Assembly: GCA_964016885.1 (NCBI GenBank)
Contig: OZ024743.1
Location: 39,060,001-39,124,000 of the forward strand
Source: Eledone cirrhosa
Lineage: Eukaryota
Length of the DNA: 64,000 bases
Direction: 5' to 3'
The first letter of the stretch is position 1. Each line of letters begins with the position of its first letter. Position numbers and translations under genes: made by a program. Below are positions 56,684-64,000 of this stretch, piece by piece. Below the pieces are notes generated by a model. It was not told where the DNA came from, did no database searches, and saw only the letters and a list, made by a program, of their open reading frames with translations.

Positions 56684-57427
56684 ATATTGTCATACTTGGA
56701 GAGCGTCATATTTGTGTAATAATATTGCCAGAATTATATAATTCAGTACTATACGAACATGCCAGACAATAACACGACGGTAACATCGACACCATATAAA
56801 TTAGAATATTATCTAAACATAGAAATGACCCAGCAGATAGGCAAATCAGAGAGGCCAGCGAAATAGAACATAGAAGCCCAAGGCTAAACAGAAAAAAATG
56901 AATGGAATAACAAAAACACCCAAACAAACAACACTGACCTAAGTGAAGTATAAATAAATAAATAAATCAATACACAAGCACAATAACAACAAACACATAT
57001 AAACACACACTAGTAAACTCGGATAGAATGCAATAACCAATACACAGTCACCCAAACAAGAACACACATCAAATAAAACACTATACACACACGCAAACGC
57101 ATGCGCAGAGAAGACAAAAAAAAAACAACAAATAAATAAATAAATAAACAGACTGAATAAAGATGGTGTAGGCATACAATGTAACGGGAGGAAAGATAAT
57201 AGTACCACTGACGATGTTGCAGATGTACAACGAAAGAACTTTGTTAGACTATATATATGTGTTTGTGTCTGTATTTTTGACCGTTGGTCAGTCAATGGCA
57301 ACATTGAGGACCGAATAAATTAAATTTACCGATAAAAAAGATACAGAAGCGAAAACCAACCAAACAATGAGTGTGTTGTTATTAATTCTGGCAATATTAT
57401 TACACAAATATGATCCTCCCCAAGTAT

Positions 57428-57434
<7 letters not shown>
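56684..57434 (+). mobile_element. Non-coding element with ~52-bp inverted ends and an HHR-like core (57208-57235)
   Basis: 56684-56736 is the reverse complement of 57383-57434; CTGACGA tgttgcagatgtacaac GAAA. Confidence 0.65.
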
Positions 57435-57504
<70 letters not shown>

Positions 57505-57508
<4 letters not shown>

Positions 57509-57845
57509 AGTACAGGGATATTTAATTTATTGGTAATTCAATAAATATATATATATTTATAACTAACACGAAGCACTCCACAAGTTTTCTGGAGTATAAC
57601 ATCAAATATATTAATAAGTGGAAACTATATTTATTAAATCATATTTATTCTATTATATATATTTCAAGGCTACGAAACTTTGGTACGCTCTCATCAGATA
57701 AAATACAAAGTTTGTTACATAAATATTGACAAACTTTTATTTTATCTGATGAGACCGTAGCAAAGTTTTGGTACCCTTGAAATATATATAATAGAATAAA
57801 TATGGTTTTGTAAATATAGTTTCCAATTATTAATATCATTGATAT
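57505..57845. repeat. Fold-back solo pLTR with an HHR in each arm (57649-57702 on minus, 57741-57795 on plus)
   Basis: tttat CTGATGA ga.cgta.caaagttt..gta.cctt GAAA tatata TA ataga; centre ~57722. Confidence 0.85.
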
Positions 57846-57960
57846 ATATATATATAGAACTCATAACATTAAGTTCATATGTAGATATGTCACTATATGA
57901 AAACACATTTTTGTATTTTATTTGATGAGAGCGTACCAAAACAAGGGTACTTTTGGAATA

Positions 57961-58524
57961 TATGGTACCATGTGATGACAAGTGCGGAGAGATCTCCAGA
58001 TATAAAGCAATGCATGTGCAGTGAAGCTTTTATAGTGAGCAAAGGCATTGCACAAAGCCAGTCCCACTCTCTTAACCAATATGATATTTACCAAAAAGAA
58101 GAACAATTCAACATCATTGGATACCATCAGGGTTACAGGTGTTATATGACAGTTTTCTTTCTCGTAGAATTCTGCCTTGACAAAGGCTAAGGGGTCATCT
58201 CTCCCGGTGATTTGGGATGGCCATTGACTCTTAAGAGCTCCTTTGCCCTTTGACAGGTTTTGTTTTTAGTCCTGCAGGATGTCCAAAGTCACCCTCCTCA
58301 CCAAGATACCTTGGTGGGGTAGCCAGTTTAGTCGCCAACGACGCGACCACGGGACAGGTTGTACTGGGATACATGTTACCAGTAGCACCAACTGGTGACC
58401 TTTCAAATATATATACATACATGGTGGCTGCCAACTCGTTTTCGAGTACGGCCACTACATTATATCCATGTAGGAGAACCCCTACCGAGTCGCTGAACGA
58501 GTAGCACCGAGTGGTGACCTAACA
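57961..58524 (-). mobile_element. Partial copy (57961-58401) and ~100-bp internally deleted mini-copy (58421-58524) of the 12593 element, next to (CATA)n
   Basis: Direct similarity to 12760-13200 and to 12593-12674. Confidence 0.85.
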
Positions 58525-58592
58525 TAAATACATACATACATACATACATACATACATACATACATACATACATACATACATACATACATACA

Positions 58593-58628
<36 letters not shown>

Positions 58629-58644
58629 TATATTTTTTTTTTTT

Positions 58645-58947
58645 TTTACTAAAGAAATTAAAGAAATTATTTAGCCTGATTGTGGGGTTAAGAACCCTCG
58701 GAGAAATGGAAAAAGATGAGTATTGACGTACATGTGTTGGTGTAAATGTTAGCACAGTGGTCCGGATAACCACAGGTGTGGGTTCGACTCCCATGTACTT
58801 TAATACGCATCTTTTTCCATTTCTCCGAGGGTCCTTAACCTCACTTTCAGGCTAAATAATTTCTGTCATTTCTTTAGTCAAAATACAGCGATAGCTTACA
58901 TTTCTAATAATTTCAAACCGACTCGCTGTTTCGAAAATATTCTTACT

Positions 58948-58950
<3 letters not shown>
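58645..58950 (+). mobile_element. tRNA-headed element (family T) with an inverted copy of its body at the 5' side
   Basis: A-box tggtgtaaatg at 58738; arm gtggt/accac; B-box ggttcgactcc at 58781. 58645-58734 is the inverted repeat of 58792-58882. Confidence 0.75.
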
Positions 58951-59040
<90 letters not shown>

Positions 59041-59046
<6 letters not shown>

Positions 59047-59412
59047 ATATTAACAAAAGGAAACTATATTTATAAAACCATATTTATTTCATTATACATA
59101 TCAAGGGCCACCAAGGCAAACTATTGTGCGCTTTCATCAGATAAACTATAATATAGGTTAGTTGTAATGGTTGCATTTTTTAAGGGTATGTCAATATTTA
59201 TTTATAAATCTAACCTAAATTATATTTTATCTGATGAAAGCCCACCATAGTTTGCCTTGGTGGCCCTTGAAATATGTATAATGAAATATATACGGTTTTA
59301 TAAATATAGTTTCCATTTGTTAATATGTTGTATATTTACTCCAATAATTTGTTGAGTGCTTTATATCAGTTATAAAAATATTTCGCTTGTTGTACCCCAA
59401 CAAATTAAATAT
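59041..59412. repeat. Fold-back solo pLTR with HHRs (59226-59285 on plus, intact; 59088-59145 on minus, mutated); related to 37661 and 57505
   Basis: tttat CTGATGA aagcccacca..tggtggccctt GAAA tatgt ATA atgaa. Confidence 0.85.
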
Positions 59413-59418
59413 AACCTC

Positions 59419-59464
<46 letters not shown>

Positions 59465-59550
59465 TGTGTGTGTGTGTGTGTGTATGTGTGTGTGTGTGTG
59501 TATGTGTGTGCGTGTGTGTGTGCGTGTGTGTGTGTGTGTGTGTGTATATA

Positions 59551-60045
59551 TATTACAAAATAATAGGAGGCATGTTCCTGTGTAATTCCTTGAAAGGTTT
59601 ATTTTACTATGATCATTTCAATGACCGGGTTCAATATGATTCCTGTGAGATAATAAGGAAATTCTAAATATAACGAAGGAATATATCAGGGGGCGGTCGA
59701 CGTGGATACACGTCGCTAAAATACCGGTGCCCTCTTATCTCTGATTTAAACACCAAAGATTTTCATCTGATATATTCCTTAAATATATTTTGAATTACCT
59801 GATGATGTCACAGGATTCATACTGAACCCGGTCATTGAAATGATCATATTAAAATAAACATTTCAAGGATTTACACCAGAACATGTCTCCAGGTATTTTG
59901 TAATAATCAACTCCGTACTCGCACCCCCAACTACACAGACGAAGACGGGTTGTTACATAACGTTGAGTGCTTACCATAAGATTACATCGTGGCTGACCAC
60001 ACAGAATGACCAGTTCAATCTAGTGGTGAACCAAAACCCAAATAA
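59551..60045. repeat. Fold-back pLTR-like relic of another family with HHR at 59795-59852 (+)
   Basis: Arms 59551-59689 and 59767-59905; ttac CTGATGA..GAAA tgatc ATA; palindrome ATGATCAT. Confidence 0.75.
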
Positions 60046-60079
60046 ATATATATGTATATATATATATACATATATATAT

Positions 60080-62218
60080 TTATTAAAATAACAGATTAAA
60101 GTTTAAGCAAAGAATCGCTGCTTTCACCCTTAACGGGATCTTCTGAAACTAACAAAATCAATCTGTAAACGCAGAACTGGATATTTCAAAAAACGTTGCA
60201 ATCGGAGGAAGACAGGAAGACGATACTTTGGTTCGTGGTAACGTTCGCTGGCAAAGAACGGGAAAAAACGAATAATACGTCATTAATAGGAGCGGTGACA
60301 AACAATTACGCGTAAAGACAAAACCACGTTTATGGAATAAAAGAGGTCGTAGACTAATGTTCTCTTAGGTGGTGCATAGAGACGTTCTCTGGCAATGAAC
60401 GAAAAAACGACGATAATAAGTCATATGTGGAGCGTAGAGAACAATAGCACGCAAAGACAAAACAAAGTAAATGGTATAGCAGAAATCGTAGACTAAAATT
60501 CTAACTAGGAGACCAAATGAATCTCCGCTACAGAGTTAAGAACAAAGTAAATAAATACAATACAGAAGTAATAGAAACAAATAAATACATACACTCAAAC
60601 AGATACGTACATACACAAGCATACGCAAAACCTTACCATGGGTATACAAAACCACGCACATATAAATATGTGTGTGTGTGTATGCTTGTGTACAAATAAA
60701 TAAATAATTATATAAACGTATATTAGTAAATAAATACGTATATAACAAGCGCACACGCATACCTACATATAAATACACGAATGATCGGAGACGTAAGTCA
60801 ACTAAAACAAGAAGTACACATATACACACACCCACCATAAGTACGAACTTGCACACTCACGCGGACGCAAAACTCCCGTATACAAATAGCCAAACCCTAA
60901 ATACCAGAATATGTAAAAGTTATACGCTATAACAGTCAAATATACGTACGAGAAGGTATACATACCTTCACAAAACATACGGTTAATATATACTTACCTA
61001 TGCAAATAAGTAAAGGAATAGAGAAAACATATACTTAGCTCCCAAATCAAGACGTAAAATATCCACGTATAGATCGTGCTATCCGTTAGGGTATAACGTG
61101 GTGCTGTAATACAGGAAAGTTTTGTGCAATTTATGTTTACAAGCCGAAATTGCCTCAGATTTTTTGTTTAAGATGTGGTCTGTAGCGTAGAGTATTTCCA
61201 GGGCCTCAGCGGCGCAGAGGTCACATGGTCTTTTATTTCCGTTATACGATCTAGCCCTAGCTAGGATCTCCCAGTGTAACTTATATTGGGTGTGGTTGTC
61301 TTTTAGACTCCAGATATAAGCTGAAAGTGACGTCATATTCCTTCTTAGAGGGTAACGAAAAGAATGGATATGCATGTAAAGACGCTGCTTGAAACTATTG
61401 GCGGTTAACCCTATGTAGGCCCTACGGGACGTGGGTGTTAAAACCTTACATTTGTAGACAATGTTACTAGAGAGGCATTTCCCGGATAGGGGGCAATCAG
61501 CCCGATTCCTACAATTACAGTTAGTACTAACTACAGGGTTGCACGTGTTCCTACGGCTAGGTAGTTTAGCTAAATTTGAAGCTGTGATGTTATGTGCAAG
61601 GTAAGGAGTCGTAGAGTAAGAAATTTTAATAGTATTTCTATTAAAAATTTTACTATATTTATGTGTAGGGGAAAAAGCTTCGTAATCAGGGAAAGAAAGA
61701 TCTTAGCTAATGGTGTGGCCACCTCCATATTATATGGTGGGTTAAACCAACAAATGCGACGGGATCTATTTCTTCTAGGTCTATTTTCGTACTCTGTATA
61801 TGCTACCTTATCGACAAATCCACTTCGAGCAACAGCTTCATTGTAATAAGTGGAATGGTCGTTTAAAATGCGCTCGTTGGTGAAAAGACGGGAAAGCCTC
61901 AACGAAACGTTTCTTACCAGGTTCTTGGTTATGCTGGCAGGATGGTTGGAATGCTTACTTATGTAATTAAGCGTATCATTCGGTATTTCTATACGGGTAA
62001 TACAACCCATTCAATAAATTGAGGGTAACGTCGAGGTAATCAACGACCGAGAGATTGGCCTCAACCTGTATAGAGAGGTTGAAGCCTTTAAAGAAGGCTG
62101 TGAGTTCTTTTCTGAACCTGTCGCAAGCACGAGGTCCGCACGGTTCTTATATATTTGATATATATTTTCCTTATCGAGCCCTCTTTAGATTTTAGTCTTC
62201 AATTTTATTATTATTACT

Positions 62219-62220
<2 letters not shown>
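60080..62220 (-). mobile_element. 5'-truncated Naiad-type PLE with inverted pLTR tip at 62140-62220
   Basis: DRFRKELTAFFKGFNL..YLDVTLNL, HSNHP, WFNPPYN, CNCRNRADCPLSGKC, VY..YIGLT, CDLCAAE..CKH ending 61079. Confidence 0.9.
60100..60150 (-). ncRNA. Type I HHR variant (CAGAAGA core, CUU cleavage triplet)
   Basis: agttt CAGAAGA tccc gttaa gggt GAAA gca gcgattctt tg CTT aaact. Confidence 0.65.
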
Positions 62221-62308
<88 letters not shown>

Positions 62309-62339
62309 ATCCCGAGTTCAATTAGGAGTAACAACTGTA

Positions 62340-64000
62340 AGTAAGGTACTCAATACATAGCAGAGTATAAATATTAAGTATAGAAATTACTTCTACAGGA
62401 CTAGAACTATTTTATCCTTTCATCCGAAGGAAATCCTCAGTATTTCCTTTGAATAAAACAGTTCTATTTATACTAAGATCTTTAATAAACATACAAATGA
62501 ATTCTCTTATTCCACCACTTCCAACATCTCTAACATTAACTCAAAACATAATACTAAAATATTAAATAATAAATCATATCCATCCAACCCTGAGCGACAT
62601 AGTAATAACACTAAAAGGCCCGACGTCAATGTCAACTCTAAACAAGATTACTTAAATATAAATACTACGTCAAACGTAATTTCGTTGAATGCTCCTAATA
62701 CTAATCTAAATCAGGAAATATTAGCACCTCTTGTAGGTAATTTCTCCACTACAATTCCATCTATAAATAATTCAGGGCCACTTGCAAATTACTCTATTAA
62801 TAACATTAATCATTAATGCAATTGCCCTAATAGAACTAAATGTTCTCTGAATAATCACTGTCTCGATAAAAATTTAGTATACGAATGTAAGGCGATAACT
62901 AGTACCAATTATTATACCTACTTTCGCTCTACTTCTACTTCCTTTAAGGCAAGATTATGTAACCATTATTCGTCTTTTAAATGCCGACTTAAAAGAAGAA
63001 ACACTGCACTTTCAGAACTTATCTGGTCCTTAAAAGACATAAATATTAATTACAAAATTTCTTGGAGAAACATTTGCAACATTCTCCTTATTCCAATGCT
63101 TCCCTATCCAGAACTTGTAATTTATGCCTAGCGGAAAAATTTACCATTATCTCTAATTTTAACTCTATAATATCGCACAGATTTATTTTCGCTTTGCATC
63201 CATAAATCGCTTAGGTCATTTCACAGAATATACAGCTAATATCTTACTCCATAATTAAGATTAAAAACTTTCTCTCACACATATATATATATCTTTTTTT
63301 ACACATATACCCCTTTTTTCTACCATATTTCAGTACATTCTACAAAGATCATTCAAAGATCTGACGTTTTTGGTACCCTAATTTTAAAATTTTTAAATTT
63401 TTTAGTTTTTCAATTTTTTCAATATAAACAATTTTTTTAAACTTTTAATCCACTATAGCAAATTCCTCTATCTTCTTGGGGATACCAATTTCTTTTAAAT
63501 AGTTCATCTTTATATCATTTTTTCTCAACATTACTTTTTTTAAGCCGCTATATTTCCCAATTTTTTTACTTCAAATCTATTAATATTAGCATTAGGTGAA
63601 TTTTGTAAACAAATTTTTGACGTATTATTTTCTTCCTCGTATTTTTCTTTATTCTCTCTTTCCATGCTTGTATTAACTTAAATAATTACTTTTCTATTAC
63701 AATCTATTGAAACAGAGTAGGACCCTATATCGTCTTCTAAGCTTATTTTACTTTATTTTATCTTAATAATACATTTTAATAAATGTTTCGCACATCTTAA
63801 TAAATCCTTCACTATATAAAACCTAAATATATAAACCCTAAATAAATAGTATAATTAATTTCTATATCTGTAATCATAAACATACTCATTCATAAACCTC
63901 ATTAACTTTATTTTTTTATTTTTTTATTTATTTATAAATGTACAACCGTTTTTTCAGTTATTTCTCTGTGGAGACAGCGTTTCTCAGTTTAAATGTTTAT
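62340..64000 (+). mobile_element. Degenerate 5'-truncated PLE (linker and GIY-YIG to ~63240, then 3' UTR running off the window)
   Basis: CNCPNRTKCSLNNHCLDKNLVYECK..YF.STSTSFKARL..CNLCLAEK. Confidence 0.8.

Noticed and set aside
58731-58800. Functional tRNA gene
   Set aside because: Poor acceptor stem, non-canonical anticodon loop (ccggata), and embedded in a repeated body; treated as a SINE head.

Overview
AT-rich animal DNA with no intact host gene. It is most likely cephalopod/Octopus, inferred from the SINE types and the very long (TA)n tracts. The window is almost entirely transposon-derived. It holds about ten Penelope-like retroelements (PLEs) of the Naiad type (RT, CxCx5Cx5C linker, C-terminal GIY-YIG), one of them nearly intact (47022-49344). 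It also holds three non-coding tandem arrays with one type I hammerhead ribozyme (HHR) per unit (units of ~322, 312 and ~591 bp; retrozyme-like), many short fold-back (palindromic) pLTR relics, a Tx1-clade LINE, an ORF1-only Tx1 derivative, a CR1-like LINE fused to an intronless REPS1/2 retrocopy, several tRNA-derived SINEs, an RTE-like non-coding element and a small Helitron-like element. About 30 complete, partial or degenerate HHR motifs were read by eye, including recurrent core variants (U3-A8, U4C, U4A). The main candidate system is a PLE-driven set of elements inserted in (TA)n. Coding PLEs, retrozyme arrays and even a tRNA-headed element share one integration signature: a 5' inverted copy of their own 3' part, often turning exactly at a natural RNA stem or at the ribozyme core. 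All calls come from manual reading; no database search or folding program was run. ORFs of the IYIYIY type are microsatellite artefacts.
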